Of a stretch of DNA of 64,000 nucleotides, positions 27,483 to 37,479 are shown piece by piece (position 1 is the stretch's first letter; every line of letters starts with the position of its first letter). A program made the position numbers and the translations under genes. The stretch covers positions 128,001 to 192,000 of the IMG/VR virus record IMGVR_UViG_3300050142_000050; one strand, 5' to 3'. The notes below the pieces were generated by a model that made no database searches, was not told where the DNA came from, and saw only the letters and a program-made list of their open reading frames with translations. The stretch comes from a virus. Taxonomy: Duplodnaviria; Caudoviricetes.

Positions 27483-29039
27483 ATGTCAGTCACGAGTCTG
27501 GTGGCAAAGATTTCCACGCTCATGCCACAAATCAACCACCGAGCCATGAAGTATGCCACCGAAGAGGCCATCGATAACTCACACGAGTTCCCCGATGCAA
27601 TCTTTCGGGAAGCCATCAAGATCGTACCCGCCAATATCGAATATCTGGGTTACACGATCCTCGGTGCAAAACAACAGGCTAAGCATGAGATGGATCCTCG
27701 GACTGCAAAGCCCAAGATCTCTACTTGTGCGGTGACTGAATCTCACCTCAGACTGGTCTCCTATCGCTTCCGTTTCAACGGCGAGTATTACGAGGCTATC
27801 ATGTCTGTCCCGTATATGCACAACGGGATGTTGCATGTGAACGGTAAGCGTTCGATTGTCAACAAGGTACTCCTGGAGAAGACCTTCTTCAGGCAGAGTG
27901 ATAATGGGAAAGACGGGATCCAATTTACAACGACCCAATTACCGATTCCCTTCAATCGTAAATCGCCTGTGCGGATCAAGTCTTTGACCTCCTTCGCGGA
28001 ATATCAGGCAGGCATGATCACGACGAAGTTGTTCAGTGGTCAAATCACAGGGAAGTGCGGTGATACCACCATCGTACTTTATCTGATGGCTAAGTTTGGG
28101 GCCATCAAAACATTCCGGAAGATGGGTATCTCTCCGGACGATCTCTTCTTTGTCGATCACATCAATCGTGCCGATAAGGATCAGTTCGAGTATTTCTCGG
28201 CACTGAACTTCACGATCATTGGGGATGAGACTCCTCCTCTCCTCCTCAAGGTTCGCAAGAACGTCCTCGAGAACGAGGCTACAAAGAAGTTCGTGGTCAA
28301 CCTCCTCAAGGTCATGGGCTACTTTGACTTCCAAGATGTGAACAACGTCTATGACGCTGACGCTACCACTTGGAAGGTCATGTTAGGATTCACATTGAGC
28401 GCAGAGCGTTCGATGCCCAAAGCATGCAGCCTCGCAGACGCCAACCTGAACTCCGTGGACGTATTCATCGATCCTGCATCGAGGCGTCGTCTGGCCGAGT
28501 CCGGTATCATCGTGACGGACACATATGACCTGATGGCTCATGTGTTTGTCCACCTGGACTACTACCTGGTTAATCTCCGGGTGGAAGATCTCTACAACTA
28601 TCGACTCGATTCCAAGAGTGGTATCTTGATCGAGTTCTTTGCAAAGCGCATCTTCAATGCCATCTACGAGTTGGCTCATCGTTCTAACATCCAGGCCAAG
28701 GATGTGAACACGATGATCAAGAGGTGCTCTCGCAAATTCACGACAGCATCGTCCAGGAAGGACGATGATCAAGTGATCGTACCCCAAGAAATTGTGGGTG
28801 ACAATCTCCTCCTCTGCGGAGGATTGACGAAGGTACGTGTAGGCGGTAAGCCCGAGCATCGACTCGACCCATCGTGGCTTGCCGTAGAATCAATCGGAGC
28901 GTTTGGCGGTAACACGGTGAATAGGACTGGTTATATCAATCCTTACATCCCCACCGATCCAGACTCCGAGTTTGGGGCAATCATGATCCCCTCGTATGCT
29001 GAGGAAGTCGCAAGACTTAGCGAAATCCTTCCTCGGTAA
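27483..29039 (+). CDS. Non-virion RNA polymerase beta N-terminal subunit (phiKZ gp123-like)
   Basis: YLGY...VSYRFRFNGE...SVPYM.NG.LHVNG pattern (beta N-terminal, F.INGTERV-like). Start 27483 has SD AGGAGG. Confidence 0.7.
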   Translation: MSVTSLVAKISTLMPQINHRAMKYATEEAIDNSHEFPDAIFREAIKIVPANIEYLGYTILGAKQQAKHEMDPRTAKPKISTCAVTESHLRLVSYRFRFNGEYYEAIMSVPYMHNGMLHVNGKRSIVNKVLLEKTFFRQSDNGKDGIQFTTTQLPIPFNRKSPVRIKSLTSFAEYQAGMITTKLFSGQITGKCGDTTIVLYLMAKFGAIKTFRKMGISPDDLFFVDHINRADKDQFEYFSALNFTIIGDETPPLLLKVRKNVLENEATKKFVVNLLKVMGYFDFQDVNNVYDADATTWKVMLGFTLSAERSMPKACSLADANLNSVDVFIDPASRRRLAESGIIVTDTYDLMAHVFVHLDYYLVNLRVEDLYNYRLDSKSGILIEFFAKRIFNAIYELAHRSNIQAKDVNTMIKRCSRKFTTASSRKDDDQVIVPQEIVGDNLLLCGGLTKVRVGGKPEHRLDPSWLAVESIGAFGGNTVNRTGYINPYIPTDPDSEFGAIMIPSYAEEVARLSEILPR

Positions 29040-29065
29040 CTTTAACACAACCCACAGAGGTTCCC

Positions 29066-30922
29066 ATGTACCAGACACAGCCAAACCCTCCACTCATCAA
29101 CGCGCTTTACAATTCGTTGGTGGCCATCGGTCACCAGTACGTGGCATCGGGTCACATCGGTCGCCAAGCGTACGATGTCATGACACGGCTGTTTCAGCCC
29201 GGCGTCGGCGCAGAATGCGACCGCAATGTTCTTCGCATGCAAGGCGAGTTTGAGCACTATGCGCGCTCCACGCCAGGAGCCATCGTCAATGGCGGGGGTT
29301 ACACCGAACAGACGATTGCGATGTTCCTTTCGAACTGGATGCTGCCGACAGCGTCTACTATCTGTCAGCAAATGAATATCCCGCTGCACGGCCATCCTCA
29401 GCAACATATGCCACAGCCGGTAGGGGTCGGAATGATTCCATCCAATACCGGCCCTGCCGTGGGATTCATCAACCCGTCGAATGCTCCACAGACTGTGCAA
29501 CCACAACCGCACCAACCGGCTCCGCCACCCCCACAACCGCCAGTGGCTGCTCCTCAACAAGCAGCCACTCCGGCCCAACCGACAGGAGGTCAGACCGTGG
29601 GAAAACGAAAGACACCTCTATCGCTGATCCCAGTCGATAATCGGTCCGAGCATGACTTCATGAACGCGCCTGTCCCTGGCGCTCCGCATAACAGCATGGT
29701 AGGTCGTTGCTACGACTTGTACGAACACATGCGCTTCACCTACAACAAGAATACCGACATCTACTTCGATGTGGCTATGGGCAACATCGATGAGATCGAG
29801 GCCAGTGATGAGGATGCTCTCCGATCGTTCACGAGTAGTATGCCATCATCGATGATCAACCAAGCTTTTGTTGCACATCTGGCTTATAACCATGTGGAAC
29901 GAATCGCTGTCCCGATGAAATCCTTCCTTGAAGCACGTGACGTTATCTGGGGGGCCATCAATGACCCATCCATCGCGGGTATCGATATCGCGTTCTCTGA
30001 GCGCATCTGGCGCGCTGCCATCAAGGTCGTCGGCATGCTCCCTCGTGGACCCAGCATCGCGCTCGACCGCTATCTGACAGCAGCCGTCAATCGTGCTCTC
30101 TGGGTATCGATGCGCAACTCCAGTGCGACGAATGCATCGATCGTCATCGAAGAGCTGGCGGACTTGGTGGATGTGGTAGGTCCTGCCGCCGCCCTCAATC
30201 TCCCTCGCACTATCAATGGCGGTAAAGGCCTCCTGGCGAGGATTGTGGATGTAGCCATCGTCAATGCACTGGGCGGTAACACGGGCGTGATGTTCACATC
30301 GCCCGAGACGACCCCTCTGGAGGAGATCCGTACATCACGTGCATTCCCATCCTGCATCAAGGGGGTATATCCGTCCAAGCTGTTCATCCCTGACATCATA
30401 GATGGTGACTACGTCGAGAAGTTCATCCAGCGTATGCAGGATGGACCTGGTAAGGAATACACGTATCTGCTGTCTCGCCGGAAGATCATCGTGACCAATT
30501 CGCTCGATGAAGACATGGCTTATGGCGCCCCGGTACATCCGACTACATTTGTCGGTATCACTCCGAGGGTCATCGGTAAGTTCAAGCAGAACTTTGTCCT
30601 ACCTCATGATGGAATGCCTCTCGAGTTCTACTTGAGGGATTATCGCATCAATCTACCGATGGATGAGAAGAAGGCCAATCGTCGCCATATCCTGAGCACC
30701 TATTACGACGGTACGCAGGAGGAGATCGATGTCCTCAATATCACCTACAATAAGCTCACTGTCAAGCGCGTCCTCAAGAAGGACGAACTGGTCCGTGACA
30801 GCGTCGTCTTCTCGCTCCCATTCGGTGCGGGAAATGGCGCGCAATATACGAAGCTGGATCTGTTCTGCATGCAGGACGATAACGAGTCTGCGGGTATCAC
30901 CCACTTCGCAGCACACCGATAA
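29066..30922 (+). CDS. Hypothetical protein (618 aa) with a Pro/Gln-rich linker
   Basis: QPQPHQPAPPPPQPPVAAPQQ linker between two folded-looking regions. Follows the gp123-like gene. Confidence 0.7.
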   Translation: MYQTQPNPPLINALYNSLVAIGHQYVASGHIGRQAYDVMTRLFQPGVGAECDRNVLRMQGEFEHYARSTPGAIVNGGGYTEQTIAMFLSNWMLPTASTICQQMNIPLHGHPQQHMPQPVGVGMIPSNTGPAVGFINPSNAPQTVQPQPHQPAPPPPQPPVAAPQQAATPAQPTGGQTVGKRKTPLSLIPVDNRSEHDFMNAPVPGAPHNSMVGRCYDLYEHMRFTYNKNTDIYFDVAMGNIDEIEASDEDALRSFTSSMPSSMINQAFVAHLAYNHVERIAVPMKSFLEARDVIWGAINDPSIAGIDIAFSERIWRAAIKVVGMLPRGPSIALDRYLTAAVNRALWVSMRNSSATNASIVIEELADLVDVVGPAAALNLPRTINGGKGLLARIVDVAIVNALGGNTGVMFTSPETTPLEEIRTSRAFPSCIKGVYPSKLFIPDIIDGDYVEKFIQRMQDGPGKEYTYLLSRRKIIVTNSLDEDMAYGAPVHPTTFVGITPRVIGKFKQNFVLPHDGMPLEFYLRDYRINLPMDEKKANRRHILSTYYDGTQEEIDVLNITYNKLTVKRVLKKDELVRDSVVFSLPFGAGNGAQYTKLDLFCMQDDNESAGITHFAAHR

Positions 30923-30974
30923 GGTAAGGGAGGTGGGGCAATGCCCCACCTCCTCTATCCTCTTATTTTTTTGA

Positions 30975-31823
30975 TCAGACACTCGTGTCCGTCAGCTGGC
31001 GCATTGATACGTTGACCTGACGGGTGAACTGAGCCGCCGATGTGGAGAAGGTGAAGCCGGCCTCGGTGACGTGTTCCACCAAGTGAGCATTCACGAGTTC
31101 TTCGTAGGTGAAGAACTCACCATCAGCACCCTCGACAGTGATGCTCTTGGTCGACGCGTAGATGTGACCATACTCACTCAGAGTAGCATAGCGAGCATCA
31201 CCACCATCGATGGCACCGACTGCTTCATACACTTCTTCACCAGTCACGACGATCGAGAGGGGGAGGTTGATCGAGATCGAGTCACCCAGATCCGTCACAG
31301 CACCGTTCGCGTCGGCAGTAGGCGGTGTAGGAGTCAGGTAGTCAGGAGTAGGCGTATAAGCCGTCACCACACCTGTGGAGGGATCCTTCTTGACATAGGA
31401 CACCTGTGAAGCCAAACGCGTCATCTTCTTGGCATAGTAGTGAGCATGCGGTACACCATCGATGTCCTTGACCACACGCAACGCATAGTTGGCGCGTTCT
31501 TCGGTCGTCAGCTCCGACTCCAGTGGTACCACACGGAAAGGACGCAGACCATAGAGGTTCTGGTTCAATGCCGAGACAGGCTGTGCCGACGACAGGATTT
31601 CCGAGTCATTCCTACGACCCTTGTTGCCGTAGACAAACCAGCCGATGTAAGGTGTGGTCTCATGATCTTGGTCTTCCAAGATACCCAGATGAGCATTGAG
31701 CGATGTGTTGAGCTCAGGACGAGGAGTGCAGTTGTACAGACGCTCCACTGCAAATGCAGCACCGCGCAGCGTGCCGCGAGCATTGATCACCGTGGCATTG
31801 ATAGCAGAAGAATTGGTAGTCAT
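30975..31823 (-). CDS. Virion structural protein (phiKZ gp127-like by position)
   Basis: SD GAGGT. Beta-rich. Adjacent to the baseplate-like and portal genes. Confidence 0.55.
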   Translation of the reverse strand: MTTNSSAINATVINARGTLRGAAFAVERLYNCTPRPELNTSLNAHLGILEDQDHETTPYIGWFVYGNKGRRNDSEILSSAQPVSALNQNLYGLRPFRVVPLESELTTEERANYALRVVKDIDGVPHAHYYAKKMTRLASQVSYVKKDPSTGVVTAYTPTPDYLTPTPPTADANGAVTDLGDSISINLPLSIVVTGEEVYEAVGAIDGGDARYATLSEYGHIYASTKSITVEGADGEFFTYEELVNAHLVEHVTEAGFTFSTSAAQFTRQVNVSMRQLTDTSV

Positions 31824-31839
31824 GATTACCTCTTTCTAT

Positions 31840-34032
31840 TTAGGGAGCATAGTGGTGCATACCGAAGATCGGTAGCGAGATAGTCTGCACACTGTTAACT
31901 GTGACTGTACCTGGGTCACTCACGACAGCACGTTCTGGCGGCATACCTGCATCCATCACATCCATGATCGTCAGGACGGATTCGTGATAGGTACCCACTG
32001 ACGAATGGATGTCATCTGACACACTGGAGATGCTCGGTATCTCGAGAGACACCTCATCCACATCATCCTGAGTATCCTGATAGCGCAGGAGGAGATATCC
32101 TGAATCGTCGATTTCATCGAAGATCTCATCCTTGGCTATATCGTTGGACAGCTTGTTCCCCGAGTTCGTATAGGGAGTATTCTTCGAACTGTCAGAGAAC
32201 ACCACCATATAGCTGCACATCTGCACAAACAGATTACGAATACGATCATACCCGTATTGTGCCAGTGAGAAGTCACCGAATGTATCCATGAAGGTAGTAG
32301 GGGGAACGAGTTCGATCATGAGAGCGTCGGCCAGACGAGTCCATGCCGTCACTGAATCTGCTTGGCCATCGTAGGTGTCGATAATCGCATTAGAGATATC
32401 GATACCCTCACTACCGAGCCATGTTGACATGGAGTCAAACCCAGGGATGAGATCCATCTCGATCACACGCTTCTCATGACACAGTCCTGAGAGATAACGA
32501 ATGACTTCACCGAACTCACCGAGTGATGTACTCATATCGGATAACTGGTGCATCACATAGGCACCCCATAGTCTATCGGCCATAACCGAGAAGTCAGCAG
32601 GGTCTGTGATGTCAGTATCATAATAAACGTCCTGGAACCACTTCTGGACGTTGATATACTTAGCCACGTGGGTCTTACGCCCGAATGTGTCGATGAGCTT
32701 CAGAGCAGGCTCCAGAGCCGTCCTGAAGGCTATCTGGATAAGAGCCTTCTTGGGGATGACATCATTCTTCTCACCAGCGATCCGTGAGGTCGCATAAGAG
32801 TAGAGAGCCAATGCTTCGCCAGGGGTCAGATAGAGGGCATTGCCACCTAGAGGCTCGACCACTCGGATCTGATTGCGATAATACCCTTCCGCAATCGATA
32901 CCACCAGAGTCTCCAACAGGAAGTTACTCATCAGTAGTACGAATGGGATGTTCTTGGGTAGAGGTCTGATCTCCAAGAACTTTGTGGGATATTCATTGAA
33001 AGGCGTGGATACCAGATGATCCTCAGCAGTTTCTACAGTCTGAGCATCTGTGGCATCGGCCAGACCCTGATCGAACAAATAGTTCTGGAGGATATCGACA
33101 TCGATAGTCGGAATCTCCGATGATAGTGTCGAATAATTAACAGGGATCGAGATAGGAGCCAAGAGAGGCTTGAGCTGATAGTCAGAAGCTTTGGTCTGAC
33201 GATCCATGATGACCTTACGACCGTAGAGACCGATACCGAAATCCTTGAGGAGGCGCTTGGCCAGGATCATCAGATTGGAGTGCTTACCTCGATTGTCATC
33301 GAAGTAGCCGATGTTCTGATAGAGCATCATGGCTTGCTCTCGGGGGAGGATATCAGAATAGTCCCCAATCCCATGTGACTTGAGCTCATTCCACAGATGG
33401 AAGGAGTGTACATAGGAAGTCTTGATATAGGAGATTCTCTTGGCGGCAATCAACATTGCGAGCTCACCATAGAGAGCACCTATCGCGGTCAGATCGAAAA
33501 GTTCCTCAGCTGCAATGAAGTCAAAGTGCCACCTCTCGCTGTACATCGACAGGAAATTCTGGATGTCCACAATCAAGGCTGGCTCTTCAGCTTCCTCAAG
33601 AAATCCACTCCCATATTGGACGAGAGTGAGGTCCTTTGCAGCGAGAGCTTTTTCCATACTAGACACCGGGAATAGTATGGATTTGATCAGATCTACCTGT
33701 TTGGGGTAGGTCGCACAGAGTCTTTGATAATAGGTACCGCCTGGGGCATAAGCCTCAGCAGTGCGAGGGTGAGAGTTGAGATTCTCCTTGGTGAAATTGA
33801 TAACCTGCTTGGTGTCGAGCGAAGTCACCTGCATCATCGTATCCGATGCATGGTACTCACCGATCATGTTCAGGTAATACTTCCACCGAGTCTTATCTGA
33901 GAAATCGGTCTGAAGACCCTGCTTCTGGAGTGAGAGATTGATCAACACCCCAAGCGGTTCGTATTTGATCGTGATCGATCTTAAGAAGTTATAAATCTGC
34001 TTCTGATAAAGCCGCATGTCGGACGAGATCAT
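31840..34032 (-). CDS. Virion structural/baseplate protein (phiKZ gp128-like)
   Basis: WKYYLNMIGEYH.SDTMMQVTSLDT.QVI.FT pattern. Divergent from the portal gene. Confidence 0.65.
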   Translation of the reverse strand: MISSDMRLYQKQIYNFLRSITIKYEPLGVLINLSLQKQGLQTDFSDKTRWKYYLNMIGEYHASDTMMQVTSLDTKQVINFTKENLNSHPRTAEAYAPGGTYYQRLCATYPKQVDLIKSILFPVSSMEKALAAKDLTLVQYGSGFLEEAEEPALIVDIQNFLSMYSERWHFDFIAAEELFDLTAIGALYGELAMLIAAKRISYIKTSYVHSFHLWNELKSHGIGDYSDILPREQAMMLYQNIGYFDDNRGKHSNLMILAKRLLKDFGIGLYGRKVIMDRQTKASDYQLKPLLAPISIPVNYSTLSSEIPTIDVDILQNYLFDQGLADATDAQTVETAEDHLVSTPFNEYPTKFLEIRPLPKNIPFVLLMSNFLLETLVVSIAEGYYRNQIRVVEPLGGNALYLTPGEALALYSYATSRIAGEKNDVIPKKALIQIAFRTALEPALKLIDTFGRKTHVAKYINVQKWFQDVYYDTDITDPADFSVMADRLWGAYVMHQLSDMSTSLGEFGEVIRYLSGLCHEKRVIEMDLIPGFDSMSTWLGSEGIDISNAIIDTYDGQADSVTAWTRLADALMIELVPPTTFMDTFGDFSLAQYGYDRIRNLFVQMCSYMVVFSDSSKNTPYTNSGNKLSNDIAKDEIFDEIDDSGYLLLRYQDTQDDVDEVSLEIPSISSVSDDIHSSVGTYHESVLTIMDVMDAGMPPERAVVSDPGTVTVNSVQTISLPIFGMHHYAP

Positions 34033-34098
34033 GATGCTATCCTTATCTCATTGATGACGCCTCGTCATCTACAGCCACAGCTTCAATGAAGGTGCTAT

Positions 34099-36486
34099 AT
34101 GGCAAAGAAACCTAAAATTGTCTCCAATATCATGGACATTCTGGGAGGTAGGATTAATATACCACAGAAGGAGTCCCCTAAAGCGGGTGATGCCAGCCTG
34201 ATGCCTACTGATCGTCGCAGTGAGGTCATCCTCCAGCTCGAGAAGAGCACCAATCATAATAAGACTCAGGCGACTGCGACGATCTCGCCGACAGCACTTA
34301 TCGGAGACTCGATCGAGCGAGTCCGTTCGCGTCGTATCGAAAATCGCAGAGCACTACTCCTCAATCCTGATGTCCAAAAAGCAGCGGATCTGATGGTAGC
34401 ATCGTGCTTTGCTCCTAACGACCTGAACTGTACCGAAGTCCCGGTAACAGTGACCCTCGAATCGATCGATACCGATACGAGGACTGCTATCTCCGACTTC
34501 CTGACCAAGGAGTTCGAACGTCGTCTCGACCTCTCTGTGGAGGCTATGCGCATGGCGCATGACTTCATGTACAAGGAAGGATCTGTCATCAGGATGGTCA
34601 TCCCATCCTCATCGGTGGATGACCTCCTGGGATCGGCTACTGGTCTTGAGGATCTCAAGACTAAGATCGACTCTGAGAGCAAACATGGGTCACTATTCGG
34701 CTTCGGTGATGAAGTACCGATGCAGGTGGGCAATCTTGCTTTGGAGTCCATCATCCCTACCTTCTTCACCAAGGACAAGGTGAAGGATACTGGTGAGGTT
34801 GCTCCATTCTCAGAATTTGCGACTGAGGCACTCAAGAAAGTGTCCTTTACAGACAACGTCTCTGTGGTGACAGGTTCGAAGAAAGCCAAGCAGATCACCA
34901 CTACGCATGTCAAGAATAGGCTCTATGCCCGCTTCGGTGACAACATCACTGCTTCGATGGATCCGCCAGATCCCAATGTTGAGCAGAAGGCTGAGCCTAT
35001 GATCCTGTCGATTCCTCCCGAATCGGTGACAGTGATACATACTCCTGGTGATGCGGCATCCCATATCGGCTATCTGATCCTCTTGGATAGTTTCGGTAAC
35101 CCCATCGACACATCGGCCAATGACTTTGACAACATCTCATTTGGTCAGATGTCATCAGGTACCACTGGGTCTTTGATCAATCAGACTTTCAATGCGTACG
35201 GGATGGGTACTACCAGTGGTGTGAGTGAACATCATCTGATGGCCATGAATGCGGTCTATAATCGCATCATGATCAACCACATCAACCAGCGTCTCAGTAA
35301 GTCCGGTTTCGGCAACAGCATCCTCGAAGAAAACGAGTCGATGCTGCGCTGTATGTTCTCGCGCTTCTTGGGATCTCACGACACTCGAGTCCTATTCGTA
35401 CCGGCTTCTCTGATCACCTATATGGCAATCGAGTTTGATGGTCGCGGATATGGGGTATCGATGCTCGAGGGTGTGAAGCACTCCCTCTCACTCTACACCG
35501 CCGTGAACATCGCACGCGTCACCGCTGCTATTAAGTCAGCGACTGATCGTCGTAAGATCTCAGCCCAGTTCACTGAGAACATGAACATCCATCCTGAGCA
35601 ATTCATTCAGAATGTTCAGAGCAAGTGGATCGAGAAGTCCTCATACTCGTTCGGACTGGATCCTCGAGACATTGTGCGACAGATTGCATCTAAGTCCATC
35701 ACATTCGATCTGAAGGGTATCCCCGGGATCGAGGACTTCAGCATCTCCAATGAACCAGACTCCAAGTCGGCATCATTCGATTTCGATGCGGATGTAGAAA
35801 AGCGCCTCATGGACAATGTCCTGAGTGGGATGAAGGTCCCTGCTGCTGCTATGAACAATCTGTCCGAAGAAGAATACTCGCGTTCAGTGGTGACTTCGAA
35901 CCTATTCTTCAACATGACCACGATCGGATTGCAGCGATATATCATCAAAGCTATCTCACCCTTCCTGGTCAACATCGCCCGTTGGTCTCCTAGCATCCGT
36001 AAGCGTCTCGAGGAGATCCTCTCTGGTGGCGGCGGGAAGAAGACTCCCAAGCAGACAGAAGTCGGCACAGTCGATGACTCTACTGATCACAAGTCGAAAC
36101 TCGATGAAGTCATCGATTCGATCGTCATTACTCTTCCTCGTCCCAACATTGCACCGACAGAAAGTCAGTTCAAGGTATTCGGGGCAATGAGCGAAGCAGT
36201 CACCGCTATGGTGAACGCTGTACTTCCCGATGATCTCATCGGATCGGATGATCGTTCGGCAGCTGCTCTCAAGATGTTGCGCTCGAGCATCATCCGTCGG
36301 AACATCATCAACTTCATGACCACGTCCGGTATGACGGGTATCGATATCCCCGCTACCGACTTCTCCGGTGAGCATGCTGATATGGTCGATACGCTCAACG
36401 CATTGACTAACATCAATGCGATGCTCGACACTCACGTCAAAGTGACGACTCTGAGTGATTCGCCAGATACCGCAGAAGGATATTGA
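34099..36486 (+). CDS. Portal protein (phiKZ gp129-like)
   Basis: Size and position. N-terminal LLNPDVQKAADLMVASCFAPND pattern. GLED and ALES processing motifs. Confidence 0.65.
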   Translation: MAKKPKIVSNIMDILGGRINIPQKESPKAGDASLMPTDRRSEVILQLEKSTNHNKTQATATISPTALIGDSIERVRSRRIENRRALLLNPDVQKAADLMVASCFAPNDLNCTEVPVTVTLESIDTDTRTAISDFLTKEFERRLDLSVEAMRMAHDFMYKEGSVIRMVIPSSSVDDLLGSATGLEDLKTKIDSESKHGSLFGFGDEVPMQVGNLALESIIPTFFTKDKVKDTGEVAPFSEFATEALKKVSFTDNVSVVTGSKKAKQITTTHVKNRLYARFGDNITASMDPPDPNVEQKAEPMILSIPPESVTVIHTPGDAASHIGYLILLDSFGNPIDTSANDFDNISFGQMSSGTTGSLINQTFNAYGMGTTSGVSEHHLMAMNAVYNRIMINHINQRLSKSGFGNSILEENESMLRCMFSRFLGSHDTRVLFVPASLITYMAIEFDGRGYGVSMLEGVKHSLSLYTAVNIARVTAAIKSATDRRKISAQFTENMNIHPEQFIQNVQSKWIEKSSYSFGLDPRDIVRQIASKSITFDLKGIPGIEDFSISNEPDSKSASFDFDADVEKRLMDNVLSGMKVPAAAMNNLSEEEYSRSVVTSNLFFNMTTIGLQRYIIKAISPFLVNIARWSPSIRKRLEEILSGGGGKKTPKQTEVGTVDDSTDHKSKLDEVIDSIVITLPRPNIAPTESQFKVFGAMSEAVTAMVNAVLPDDLIGSDDRSAAALKMLRSSIIRRNIINFMTTSGMTGIDIPATDFSGEHADMVDTLNALTNINAMLDTHVKVTTLSDSPDTAEGY

Positions 36487-36528
36487 TAGGTATAGGGTGA
36501 GGGGCATCTGCCCCTCACCCTACTACCC

Positions 36529-37395
36529 TTATGCCACAGCGCCAGACAGCGTCGTGAATTGCGAAAGCACGTTCGCAGTCGTGGTGGCCAGACCACCGCT
36601 CAGAGCAGTCGATAGGTCGCTCACACCAGGCAGAGCCTTCTGGAAGTCGACTTCGTGTAGCTTGAGGGCCTGAGCGATCTGCTTACCACGGGCAGTCACG
36701 TTGGGACCATCCTGCATCAGTGTGGTGAAGGAGATCTGACGATCGGGACGAGTGACCTCGGTGAGGTTACCGTTCCAGCCAGGAGCACCGATGTCCGAAG
36801 GAACCATGTTGGTGCACAGCTGGGCACGAATCAGGTTTTCAGGACGATAGGTGCGGTCGTACATCAAGTACATGATGTCCGCTGCAAACCACGACATGGT
36901 CAGAGGAGGCAACGCGGTGCCCGAAGGTACCAGCGAGGCCATCGATGCGGCCTGAGTGTCAGGGTCGCTGACCATCTTGACCCACCACTCGAACAGATTG
37001 AAGATGGGATTGCCCAGACGTTCAGGGATCGTAGCCGAAGGCGTGATCTGCGAACGGTTTGAACGGGTAGGTGCCATCAGCTGCTGGCTGTCACGGCCCA
37101 CGTTCATACCGTCACTGTCGAGTGACAACGAAGAATCGAGACCGTCCCAGGTGGTGACGCATTCTTCGATGATGGCCTTGAAGATCTTCTCACCACCATC
37201 GACGAGCTTGAAGATCTTGGGAGTGCTCACCACGACAGCCTGACAGGGTAGTATGACGAGCGGAGTCGCCGCATCGATCGATGGGATGTTAGGACCAAAG
37301 CCATGTTGACCGGTCCCTACGACATTCGAAATCCAAGCGTCGGAGGAAGAACCAAACTTCCCACCGGCGACAAGCGCATTATCCATTGTAGGCAT
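36529..37395 (-). CDS. Tail tube protein (phiKZ gp30-like, 288 aa)
   Basis: Directly downstream of the sheath gene. GTGQHG...TRSNRSQ.TPS.T.PERLGNPI..LFEWW..MVSDPDT pattern. Start 37395 has SD GGAG. Confidence 0.75.
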   Translation of the reverse strand: MPTMDNALVAGGKFGSSSDAWISNVVGTGQHGFGPNIPSIDAATPLVILPCQAVVVSTPKIFKLVDGGEKIFKAIIEECVTTWDGLDSSLSLDSDGMNVGRDSQQLMAPTRSNRSQITPSATIPERLGNPIFNLFEWWVKMVSDPDTQAASMASLVPSGTALPPLTMSWFAADIMYLMYDRTYRPENLIRAQLCTNMVPSDIGAPGWNGNLTEVTRPDRQISFTTLMQDGPNVTARGKQIAQALKLHEVDFQKALPGVSDLSTALSGGLATTTANVLSQFTTLSGAVA

Positions 37396-37479
37396 TGCCA
37401 AAACTCCAGAATAAGGATAAATACAAGAACCGATCCATGGTAAAGGGGACCATGCTTCCAATCACAGTCCCCTAACCAC